Assembly: GCF_009914755.1 (NCBI RefSeq)
Contig: NC_060929.1
DNA: 64,000 bases
DNA from: the human T2T-CHM13v2.0 reference genome, Homo sapiens
Strand: one strand, 5' to 3'
Below, one piece after another: positions 1-16,550 of the stretch. Within the stretch, counting starts at the first letter, position 1. The number at the start of each line of letters is the position of its first letter. The position numbers were made by a program, and so were the translations under genes. The notes under the pieces are model-generated. The model was given only the letters and a program-made list of their open reading frames with translations, did no database searches and was not told the DNA's origin.

Positions 1-970
1 CATGGATGATATCATGAAATATGTTTTCTAAGTTGGTTCCATTCTCCCCATCTCTTTCAGGGACACCAGTGAGTCATAGATTTGGTCTCTTTACATAATC
101 CTGTATTTCTCAGAGGTTTTATTCATTCCTTTTCATTTTTTTCCTCTGTTTTGTCTGACTGTCTTATTTCAAAAAGCCAGTCTTCAAACTCTGAGATTCT
201 TTCTTCCATTTGGTCTATTCTTGATCTTTCCCTCCATTTGGTTTATTCTGCTATTAATACTTGTGATTACATTGTGAAATATGTGTGATTACATTATGAA
301 ATGTGATTGCATTATGGAGTGCAATCACAAGTACAATGTAATCACAAGTATTCATGTAGCATGTTTTTCGTCTCTATCAGGTCAGTTACATTCTTTTCTA
401 TCCTGGCTATTTTTTCTATGTCAGCTCCTGCATTGTTTTGTCATGATTCTTAGCTTCCTTGGATTAGGTTTCAACATATACCTGTAGCTCAATGATCTTT
501 GTTCCTATACATATTCTGGATTCTATTTTTTTCATTTCAGCCATCTCAGCCTGGTTCAGAACCAGGAGATTAGGTTTCAACATATACCTGTAGCTCAATG
601 ATCTTTGTGTCTATACCTATTCTGAATTCTATTTTTTTCATTTCAGCCATCTCAGCCTGGTTCAGAACTGGAGAGGTGATGTGGTCGTTTGGAAGACAGA
701 GGGCACTCTGGCTTTTTGATTTGTCAGTCTTGTTGCCCTGGTTCTTTCTCATCTTTGTGGGCTTATATTCCTTTAATCTTTGAGGCTGGTGACCTTTGGG
801 TGGGTTTTTTTTTCTTTTATTCTATTTGATGACTTTGAGGGCTTGATTGTGGTATAAGGTGGTTTCAGCCAACTAGCTTCATTTCTTGAAGATTTTAGGG
901 GGCCAACACTCAGGTCTCAAGACTAAATGTGGGAGACTTGCATTGGCTCTGACTTTGTTCTCTGGACAAC
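1..970 (-). mobile_element. Old L1 (L1P/L1PB-like) ORF1/5' fragment
   Basis: Starts with an antisense L1 ORF1 motif (GTTGGTTCCATTCTCCCCATC...). ORF 570..752(-) resembles the ORF1p N-terminus. Contains internal duplications. Confidence 0.8.
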
Positions 971-974
971 ACTT

Positions 975-1222
975 AGATAGGAGGTATAAGTTATAATGTT
1001 TGATAGCGGAATGGGTGACTCTAGTTAACAACAATGTATTGTATATTTCAAAATAGCTAGATGAGAGGACTTGAAATGTTCCCAACGTATAGAAATGATA
1101 AGTACTTGAGGTGATGGATATCCTAAATACCCTGACTTGATTTTTACACATTCTATACATGTAACAAAATATCACATGTACCCCATAAATATGTGCAAAT
1201 ATTATGTATTAATTTAAGAAAA
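975..1222 (+). mobile_element. L1MA-type 3' UTR fragment
   Basis: GAGGTGATGGATATCCTAAATACCCTGACTTGAT...CATGTACCCCATAAATATG followed by an A-rich end matches recalled L1MA 3' ends. Confidence 0.8.
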
Positions 1223-1224
1223 GA

Positions 1225-2212
1225 TTATAAGGCATGCAAAACAGCAGGTAAAAAATACCTAAAAGGAGTTCAATTAAACAAATCCAGAACTGATATAGAT
1301 GTTATAACTACCAGACAAGGACATTAAAACGATGATTATAACTGTATTTTATATGTTCAAAAAGTTACGTAGATGAAAGGTATAGAAAATAACTGAATGG
1401 AAATTCTCAGAGATGAAAGCAACAGTGTCTGAGATGAAAAATACAATGGATAGTGTACGAGTCAGGATTCTTCAGAAAAACAACGTCAATAGGATACACA
1501 CACACACACACACACACAAATGTATGTATGTAATATGTGTGTATATATAGGATGCATAGATGTGATGTACATTTATGTGTGTGTGTGTATGTATACCGAT
1601 TCCATAAAATAAATCTCTCCCCCCGTGTGTGTATATACACACATATAGATGAAAGGTATACACAAACACATAGAGGGGAGGGAGATATTTATTTTAAGGA
1701 ATTGGTTCGTGCAATTGTGGAGACTAGCAAGTCTGAAATTTGCAGGGCAGACCAGTAGGCTAGAAATTCTAGCAGGAGTTAGTGTTTCAGTCTTGAGTAC
1801 AAAGTCAGCCTGTAGATAGAATTCCTTTCTCCACGGAGGACCTCAGTCTTTTCTCTTAGTGCTTTCAGTGGATTGGATGAGGCCCACCCATGTTATGGAA
1901 TATAATCTGCTTTACTCAATGTCTGCCAATTTAAATGTTAACACACCTAAAAAGTACCTTCACAGGAGCATTCAAGGTGCTGTCTGACCAAGCAACTGGG
2001 CATAGCCTAAAGTTGACACACAAAATAACCTATCACAGATAACATTAACAATGGGTTAGGCATTTCAGAAGAAAAGGTTAGTGAACTTGAAGCCACAGCA
2101 ATTGACATGATTAAAACAGAAACAAAGAAAAGAGAGAATAAAAAAAAAAAGCAGTAAATCAGTGAACTGTAGGAAAACCTCATATATCTAATATATCTGT
2201 AATTAAAGTTCA
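1225..2212 (+). mobile_element. Ancient L1M ORF1 fragment, split by an MLT2 LTR
   Basis: A-rich ORF1 coiled-coil-like sequence (GAGATGAAAAATACAATGGAT...AGAAGAAAAGGTTAGTGAACTTGAAG) continues on both sides of 1454-2037. Confidence 0.65.
1454..2037 (-). mobile_element. MLT2 (ERVL) solo LTR with an internal CA/TA microsatellite
   Basis: TG...CA termini and a 5-bp TSD GATAG/GATAA (1449-1453, 2038-2042). MLT2 motifs GGATTGGATGAGGCCCACC and AGTTGACACACAAAATAACCTATCACA are present. Confidence 0.88.
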
Positions 2213-3400
<1,188 letters not shown>

Positions 3401-3799
3401 TACAGTCATACAGAACTTAATATATAGTTATTGGATTAAATTGAAGGCATGAGTAGGCTTATGGGTCTACCTAAAACTATTTTCAAAATGACTTATATCT
3501 GTGCATTCTTGTTTCATCAGATTCTCCAAAGAAGTTTAAGAATCTGGCTCATAGAGGCTAATTTGGTATGGCATGGGGTCACTCCATGGTTCAGTTTCTT
3601 TACATATTCAAAACCTTTTTTTTTCTTTTTCTTTCTTTCTTTTTTTTTTTTTTTTTTTTTTTTTTGCAGCCTTTTGACTCATGGAGAATAAGGGAGTGGC
3701 CACAATTGAGCCACTAGAACCACTGCAAGCTGATGAAGCTCTGATGGGGAAACTCCTTCAAAGGCAAATTAAATTCTTCATTATCTTTCTTGAGGTTGA

Positions 3800-4100
3800 T
3801 TGCAATAGTTTAACTAGTATTTCTGCTTTCTGTCTCCTCCAGTCTATCCTGCAGTCTACGGGCAAAGTCACTAAAAATGTGCAGGTATGATCATGTCATT
3901 ATTTGGCTAAAACTCTTTAATGGCTCCCCTTGATTCTGAGGATGAGGTTCAAACTAGTTTTCACTGTGGCTGAGTCACTCTGTGGTCTGATTCCTGCCTG
4001 CTTCTCAATCCAGTGCTCTCACTATGCTCTTATTCCTTGCTTCAGCCACCCTACCTGCCTGTACTTCCCCTAAAAGGCTAGGGGACTGTTTGTGGTCTTT
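3800..4100 (+). mobile_element. L2 fragment
   Basis: Degenerate L2 motif TGATCATGTCATT...AAAACTCTTTAATGGCTCCCC. Confidence 0.55.
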
Positions 4101-4209
4101 ATTCATTCCACTTGTTTGAAGCATTGCTGAAATGATCATTTATTTCTCTATGGTTGTTCCTACTTCTATTATAGAGTTTGAAGGACTTGGGTGCCTGACA
4201 CACAGAAAC

Positions 4210-4915
4210 TCTTCTCCTTACACCATATACAAAAATTAACTCAAGATGGAGTAAAGACTTAATGTAAAACCTAGAACTATAAAAAACCCTTGAAGAAACT
4301 CTAGACAGTACTATACAGGGCATAGGCACGGGCAAAGATTTCATGATGAAAACGCCAAAAACAATAGCAACACAAGCAACAATTGACAAATGGGATGTGA
4401 TTAAACTAAAAAGCTTCAGCACAGCAAAATAAGTTATCATTAGAGTGAACAGAAAACCAACAGCATGAGAGAAAATTTTTGCAGTCTATCCATCTGACAT
4501 AGGTCTAATATCCAGAGTCTGCAAGGAACTTAAAGAAGTTTACGAGAAAAAAACCTCGAACAACTCCTTAAAAAATGGGCAAATGACATGAACAGACACC
4601 TCTCAAAAGAAGACATACATGTGGCCAACTAGCATATGAAAAAAATCTCAACATCACTGATAATTAGAGAAACACAAATCAAAACTATAAGATGTCATTT
4701 GACACCGGTCAGAATGACTCTTATTAAAAAGTCAAAAAACAACAAATGCTGGCAAGATTGAGGAGAAAAAAGAACATTTCTACACTGTTGGTGGGAGTGT
4801 AAATTAGTTCAACCATTGTGGAAGAAAGCATGGTGGTTCCTAAAGGACCTAGAGTTTGAAGGTCTAGGCAGAAATACCACTTGACCCAGCAATCCCGTTA
4901 CCGGGTATATACCCT
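4210..4915 (+). mobile_element. L1 (old L1P) ORF2 3' fragment
   Basis: ACACCATATACAAAAATTAACTCAAGATGG...GACCCAGCAATCCC is L1 ORF2 C-terminal coding sequence. Confidence 0.92.
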
Positions 4916-4970
4916 GTTTCTCATTTTTCATTACCTGAGTCTTTTAAAAGAGTAGTCTGTACTCCATTGC

Positions 4971-5002
<32 letters not shown>

Positions 5003-5426
5003 TTTTTATTCCTTGCCCTTTACAATCATGCTTTTGTCCTCATAATTTTACCGAAATTGTTTACTCAGCATATGCATGACATCCTTTTTGCTATATTCAG
5101 TGCCTTTATCTTTTGTATTTGTCTTGTTTCCTTTTGCATATTCTACTACCATCTTCGACTCAGCATGTCTAAAACGAAATATTCTAATATTTTCTTCTCA
5201 ACAATTTTCAACTTTCTCAACAAAGTTCTACAACATGAACTTCTTTCTGCCAGTTGTAAAACTAATCACAGAATGTAAAATCCTTGAAGTTATTTTCTGT
5301 TTTCTTATATGTTGAACTATTCAATTTCTTTTGTAGCATATTTTTCTATTTTGCTTTGTTTGTACAGTTACTATGCTAGTTCACAATTTTTTCATTTCAC
5401 TGATGCAACTTTGCAATAAACTTCTA

Positions 5427-5725
5427 GCTGTTTATTAGAAATGTAATATAAACAATATATATAATTTAAAATTGTCTAATAGACACTTAAAAGTAAAAAG
5501 GCACAATTAATTTTAATATATTTTATTTATACCAATTTATCAAACGTATTAGCATTTAAAAATACTTTCAAAAATGAAAGTATTAAGATATTTTACTTTT
5601 TTTGGTTCTAATGTTTGAAATCTAGTTTGTATTTAACACTTACAGCACATCTCAAGTGAGAATAACCGCATTTACAGTCCTCAGTAGCTATGTGTGACTA
5701 GAGGCTAATGTATAGGTCAGCATAG
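5427..5725 (+). mobile_element. MER33 (hAT-Charlie non-autonomous DNA transposon)
   Basis: Matches recalled MER33 (ACACTTACAGCACATCTCAA...GTAGCTATGTGTGACTAGAGGCTA). Confidence 0.8.
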
Positions 5726-5937
5726 AGCGTAGTTGACTTCTTCAACTCCAACTTTTTACTTTTTCCAGTGGCATCTGCATTCCATCATCAGAGCAACTGA
5801 TTATCAGCACTAATTTCATCACAAACATGTCTGATGAAAAAAAGACTTTATGGTTACCTTTACTTCAGTTTGCATGGAAAGAACTGATTCATTTTTTCTG
5901 ACTTGATTTAAAGTCCTCCATAAATTCTTCTCACATT

Positions 5938-6247
5938 CAATAGTCTCCCCTTATCCATGGTTTCACTTCACCTGGTCAACCATGATCGAAAATATGAAGC
6001 TATTTTGAAAGAGAGAGGGAGAAACCATATTCACATGACTTATTACAGCATACTGTTAAAAATTGTTCTATTTTATTATTATTTTTGTTAATCTCTTACT
6101 GTGCCTAATTTATAAGTTAAACTTTATTATAGTTATTTATGTATAGGGAAAAACATAGTATATGTAGGATTTGGTATTATCTGTGGTTTCAGGCATCCAC
6201 TGAGGGGCTTGAAATGTATCCCCTGCAGATAAGTGGGTACTACTGTA
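5938..6247 (+). mobile_element. MER44-type (TcMar-Tigger) DNA transposon
   Basis: Degenerate terminal inverted repeats TAGTCTCCCCTTATCC / GATAAGTGGGTACTACTGTA and the internal motif TCTCTTACTGTGCCTAATTTATAA. Confidence 0.85.
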
Positions 6248-8265
6248 CTTACCCAACATTATGCAGCCCTCTTCTCATTGACGACTTAGATACCAACCCA
6301 GATGCTTTGCTTAAGATATTGTGCATGTATTATAATACCTAACATCAACTAGAATCTCCTAAACTTTTTCTGAGATTGGTAGAAAAAAGGCATACATTTC
6401 CAAAACTTGATCTTTTATTACAACATTTATTAATACATTTGTTAAGCAATTTAGAAATATAAATACATATTTCATAAGTCAATATGCTCATACCGTAGAA
6501 AACTTAAAAAACTGAGTGAAAAAATTTAATGATTTGATCTAATATATTTTGTGTTCCCCTTTTAACTCTTCTCTCTCTTTGTGACCAAACTCAGCCTGTG
6601 AGTTAAGTATAAATTACAATGTATATGGGTGCAATTATTTGAGTAAAATTATTTTAGACAAAGTATCCAATTTATGAAATATGTGGAGAAGAAAGAAATT
6701 TGTTTTAGTGTGAGATAAATGATCAGATGTAATTTTGTAGCTGAGTGAAACACTCTCATAAATAAATATTTGAAAATTGGATATTATTTATCACCTATGC
6801 CATTTATGTCATACAAATTTGTAAAATGTTCTTACTTGTAAATGGGTTGTAGTCTTCAAATTGATGACAAAGAAAATTTTTATACTCTTTAGAACAAGTG
6901 GGAATTTATTACTAAACTTTTTCATCCTCCCACTATTTCTCATAAATGCATCCACTGTAAAGGAATATGTAGCTTCATGCATGGCAAGTTTTCTAAACAA
7001 GTCTTAGTCCTGGTCACCTCATTCATCTAAAGTGTTTGTTGAATATAATCGCTGAGATTTATTCCTCACTAAACTTAAACCATTTGAGGTTTCAGTTTTT
7101 AGGTCTTGAGCCATTTGGTCTTCCTTATCTCTTGCATCAGATCATCCTCCAAGTAACCACTAGAAGTGGCGTTCTAATTAATACTGGACTGATTGGCATA
7201 ATGACCTTATTTTATTCAGAGTACTCCCTTTAATTGTTAATAGCTTCATGTTGTTTTTACATATCTTGTTTATTACCACAACAACCACATTCTTGCCTTA
7301 ATGTTGACCACAATTCATTTATCTTTTCCAAACGTTAGTTTTTATTATTTTTTCAGATAAAGTTTAATTTGTTTTATCGTGTTATTATAATTTTTCTTTA
7401 TTAAAAGGGGTATCTATATGTTTGAAAATTCTTTGTTTTAAAATATTTATAGATTGTGTAACTTAAATCATCTTTGACTTTAACTTGGACTGCATTAAAA
7501 TGGTAAATTTAGGAGAGGTTAAGATCTTTTATTCTTCACATTGCTTTAATTTCCTCCAATTTTTGTATCCTTTAAGATGTTTGCTATTTCTATACTAATG
7601 GAAGTAAAATATATATGTCAAATCATTGGAGAATCTGGCATTAACTGTGTGTGCAGAGTGGATTAACTGCAATATTAGCTTAAATCTTAATTAAAATCTC
7701 ACAAAGGTCCTTAATAGTATAGATGACTATTTTGTGAATTATTGGAGACTACTTTATTAAAAAAAAGATAGAAATTTTGGAAAAAGTGATCTCATTTTGT
7801 AAATTAAGAGAATGCCTCTGACTGGTTATTTCACAATGTTTCTAAAATTGCTTGAACTCTTTAAAAAAATTCAGCAATGAAATGAAATGGGTTTATTATT
7901 AATATTGTAGAAAGAAGCCTGCATGTAAGCCTTATGACCGTTTATGAGGAAACTTTTTTGACAAAAGGATGTTAAAAAATAGATGAGGAGAGGAGAGACA
8001 AGAGAATTTGGGCAGCCTTTTCTCCTAACCTTAGGATTACATTATCATCAATAATATCTTAGTTTTTAAAGTATTTCAGTTATCCCACTTTTTAGTGCAG
8101 AATTGTAGCAATAATTGTACCTGAAGTGGAGGTAAAATCCCATTTAATTTGCCCAGCTCCAGCTGGACCCCATTTTTCTGAGAAATGTATAGTTCTGAGA
8201 AGTGTTATTTTTTAGATAGTCTTTTACAGTGAAGCTTTGTATACATGCTTGTTAAAAATGTAAGG

Positions 8266-8566
8266 TTTTTTTTTTTTTTTTTTTTTGGAGATGGAGTCTC
8301 ACTCTGTCAGCTAGGCTGGAGTTCAGTGGTGCAATCTTGGCTCAGTGTAACCTCCACTTCTTAGGTTCAAGTGATTCTCCTGCCTCAGCCTCCAAGTAGC
8401 TGGGACTACAGATGCGTCCTACTACGCCCGGCTGATTTTTGTATTTTTAGCAGAGTTGGCGTTTCACCGTATTGGTCAGGCTGGTCTTGAACTCCTGACT
8501 TTGTGATCCACCCACCTCGGCCTCACAAAGTGCTGGGATTACAGGCATGAGCCACTGCACCCGGCC
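8266..8566 (-). mobile_element. AluS
   Basis: Full Alu dimer with a poly-T head. TSD AAAAATGTAAG at 8254-8264 and 8567-8577. Confidence 0.95.
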
Positions 8567-9260
8567 AAAAATGTAAGTTTTATATGTCTAACTTAATGGA
8601 GAAAATTATTTATCAAGCCCCCCTAAGCTTCTATTTCTAAAAAATATGACATTGTTGTTACTTAATTTTTAAAATTTGTATAAATTTATGGGGTTCCAGT
8701 GCAATGTTGTTACATGCATAGATTATGCAGTGGTCAAGTCAGGGCTTTCAGGTATCTATCCACTAAATTTCATTAACTATACTTATTAAGTAATTTCTCA
8801 TCATTCACCCCTCCCACCCCCCTGCCCCCGTCTGAGTCTCCATTGTCTCATTCTACCCTCTATGTCTGTGTGCTCATGGTTTTTTAGCACCCACTTATGA
8901 GTGATAACATGTGATATTTAACTTTCCATGTCTGACTTGTTTCACTTAAGATAATGACCTTCAGTTTTATCCATGTTGTTGCTAAAAATATGATTTCATT
9001 TTTTTCTATGGCTGAATACATATTCCATTGTGTATATATACTACATTTTCTTTACCCAGTCTTCCATTGATGAACACGTAGGTTGATTCTATAACTTTGC
9101 TATTGTGAATAATACTGTGATAACATATGGGTGCAGGCATCTTTTTGATAGATTGATACCAAGCAGTGGGTTTGTTGGATCAAATGATAATTCTACTTTT
9201 ACTTCTTTGAGAAATTGCCGTACTGTTTTCCACAGAGGTTGTAATAATTTACATTTCCAC

Positions 9261-9436
9261 CAACAGTGTATAAGACTTCCTTATACATTTCCACCAACAG
9301 TGTATAAGACTTATACACAACAGTGTATAAGACTTATACACAACAGTGTATAAGACTTATACACAACAGTGTATAAGACTTATACACAACAGTGTATAAG
9401 ACTTATACACAACAGTGTATAAGACAGTGTATAAGA
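9261..9436. repeat. 23-bp palindromic tandem repeat CAACAGTGTATAAGACTTATACA
   Basis: The core recurs at 9261, 9295, 9318, 9341, 9364, 9387 and 9410, with a partial copy at 9425. The unit contains the hairpin GTGTATAAG-A-CTTATACAC. Confidence 0.95.
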
Positions 9437-9645
9437 TGTTGGCAAGGTTCTCTACAACCTTGCCAACATCTGTTATTTTCTCTCTTTTTAATAATAGCCA
9501 TCTTTACTGGGTTAAGATGATATCTTGTAGTTTTAATTTGCATTTCTCTGATGATTAGTGATGTTGAGCATTTTTTCTTATACCTGTTAGCCATTTGTAT
9601 GTCTTATTTTGAGAAATGTCTGTTCATGTCCTTTGTCCACTTTTT

Positions 9646-13813
<4,168 letters not shown>

Positions 13814-14448
13814 TAAATAAATAGTTTGTAGATATTTTCTCCCATTTTACAAGTTGTCTGTTCACTCTGTTGATTATTTCTTGGGCTGTGCAGAAGCTTC
13901 TTGTTTAATTAATTCCCATTTGCCTACTTTTTAAATTGCCTATGCTTTTGATGTTTTAGTGACAAATTTTTTGCCCCAACCAATGCTTATAAGAGTTATC
14001 CTTAGATCTTTTCTTAGTATTTATTGAAATGGTTTTGGGTTGTACATTTAAGTCTTTAATCCATCTTGAGTTAACTTTTGTATATGATGAGAGGTGGGGT
14101 CCAGTTTTATTCTTTCACATCTGGCAATCCAGTTTTTGCAGCACCATTTATTGGTTTTTAACTCAAGTGACTTCATTTAATATAAGCTCTATCAAGTATA
14201 CTTTTTACTTAATAGGTTTGTCATCAATGTTTTCTTGTTGTTTTTGGCAATATGCAGAGATGAACTTAAAAGTCTGGTTTTATCTAAAGAAAAACAAAGG
14301 CTTACTTGATAATCTTAAAATTTATTCTTTTTCTAATTGAATTGCTTGGAATATATTATTTTGTACTTACCATCTTAACCCCCGAAGTACATATTATCCT
14401 CTTAATGGAATCTCTCGATTTTACAGAAAGAAATTCTTATTTGATTAG

Positions 14449-14795
14449 TGTCTTAGTTTGTTTGTGCAGTTATAGCAAAATACCACAGACTGGGCAATGT
14501 ATAAAGAACAGAAATGTATTTCTTATAGTTCTGGAGGCTGGGAAGTTCAAGATCAAGATGCCAGCATTTGGTTTGGTGAGGGCCTTCTTGCTATATCCTC
14601 ACATGACAGAAGGAATAGTAGGGAAAGAGGGGTCAAAGTCAGCTCCCTCCAGCTCTTTTTATCAGACACTAATTCATTCATGAGAATGAAGCCCTCATGA
14701 CTTAGTTACTTTCCAAAAGGCTCTATCACTTAGCAGTACCATAATGGGGGTTAAGTTTCAACACATAAATTTTGGGAATCATTTAGGCCATAACA
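14449..14795 (-). mobile_element. MaLR solo LTR (MST/MLT1A-like)
   Basis: TG...CA termini and the motif AGTTCTGGAGGCTGGGAAGTTCAAGATCAAG. Degenerate TSD ATTAG/GCTAG. Confidence 0.85.
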
Positions 14796-15974
14796 GCTAG
14801 AAAAGTCCGACTTATAAACCTTGCCTGATCTGAAGGAATAAAATGTTGACATGTACCAGAGCCTACAAAATGAACTGCAGAGAAACTGTCAGGTGTGTCT
14901 TTATTTGGCGAATTTATAATTTGGCATGCTCTATTTTTCATAAGTTTCTACTAGATAACAAAAATAAGTTATGATCCTTCAAAAAATCTAAACATGTTTT
15001 AACATATAAGGCTTTTCTGATAATTATATCTAAGACTCATATTTCATTCTAATTTGTTTGAATTTTAATGTAAATTCATAGTGGACAATGTAAAAACAGT
15101 TAATCTTAGAGTTACAGTTTTACGAATGTTTGAATAAAAAATAACATCACAGATTGATAAATAAGATATCAAGCAACGAAGGGTTCTGTTTTTGAAATAA
15201 GTAAAAACTTATTTCAAAAGAGTAGAGAAATATGATACTTAAAGCTTCTATATTTGATCAAATTTAAGTTGCTGTTGATTCTGTGTTTCACTATTGATTT
15301 ATATATCTCAAAGTAAGAAAAAACATTGACAATAAACCACGCCACACCATAGATTGAAAGAATCATCTTAATTTCAAGTTATTAAAATGTCATAAAGAGC
15401 CATTGTAACATTGATGAAATAGAGTATTTTTGTGTAATTTTCTAATCTATACATTGAGATTTGTTCCATTAAAATATTTTAACTTTTTGATTAAGGCTTG
15501 ACTTAACAGTAGGGAATAAATGTGAAATAAGAAATGTGTTTAATTTTTTTAAACCTAAATTTTGATTTGCCTGATTTTAAAGTGAGAGAAAGATAATGAC
15601 TGTCTAGATTTGTTAAAGTAAATAATTTTGAAAGACAAAGCACACTAAGTTTAGGTATCTATTTGCTGTAAACTCTCATATCAATAATTTACTTATCTTT
15701 CTTCCACTGAGGATTGATGTAGAGGTTTCAATAAGAAAAAAAAAAAGAAGCCAAACCAATAAGACCCTGTCATGGGGTAGCACTTTTTTTTTCTTGCAGG
15801 ACCAGTAGAACTTGTATCTTATAGGGAGTGTATAAATTGTAGACAAAATAATGTAAAAGAATAAATAAAATAAAAATTTAAAAGTAGTATTTCTTTGCCT
15901 TTCTATAGAATTTTAGAATTTCTTTAGTATCTTAGTATGACTCACCATGCTAAATTCCTGTAAAGAAGCCTGTG

Positions 15975-16140
15975 AAGTCGATACCTTTGAGCAATTCACT
16001 TAGAATATCTGAACTCAGTTTTCTCATCTTCAAAATGGATAAAATATCTATTTCATAAAATTCTTGTGAGGATTTAATAAAATATTTGCAGGTATTTATG
16101 CATGTCTAACCCATTGCATGCACTCAGCAATAGGTATCTA
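15975..16140 (+). mobile_element. MIR
   Basis: Core CTCAGTTTTCTCATCTTCAAAATGG...TTGTGAGGATT. Confidence 0.7.
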
Positions 16141-16371
16141 TTATACATATCTATTAATGCTTATTGAAATGTCAGTGCAGTAGATGAAAATTTAGAGTGC
16201 ATTTTATTTGTCTAGGTCATATAGGTTGTTAAGTAATAGAGTTGAGTCTAGCGATTAAAGCCCCCACCCCTGTTGTTACCTCCCCAGATCTTTCACATGA
16301 TCATACTACCTCTGTGATCCATGGATACATTTTTGAAATGCTTCATTTTGAAGAAAAGATATGTTATTTTG

Positions 16372-16550
16372 AAAAGCATAGGTTTAGGAACCACACAAAC
16401 CTGACTTCAAATCCAAGTTTTAACATCTATTGGTGTGTGACCCTGGAAAATTTACTTAGTATCTTATTTTTTACATTTGTGAAAGAACCTCAATTTTCTC
16501 CTTTATGAAAGAAAGAAAAGAATCTACCTTAAGGTTGTTGAACACATAAA
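16372..16550 (+). mobile_element. MIR
   Basis: AAACCTGACTTCAAATCC...TGTGTGACCCTGGAAAATTTACTTA is a MIR motif. Confidence 0.65.

Noticed and set aside
1407-1758. ORFs rich in H/T/C/V/Y
   Set aside because: They are translations of the CA/TA microsatellite within MLT2.
9261-9436. CRISPR-like array of palindromic repeats
   Set aside because: The units are contiguous with no unique spacers, they derive from L1 sequence, there are no cas genes, and the DNA is primate.
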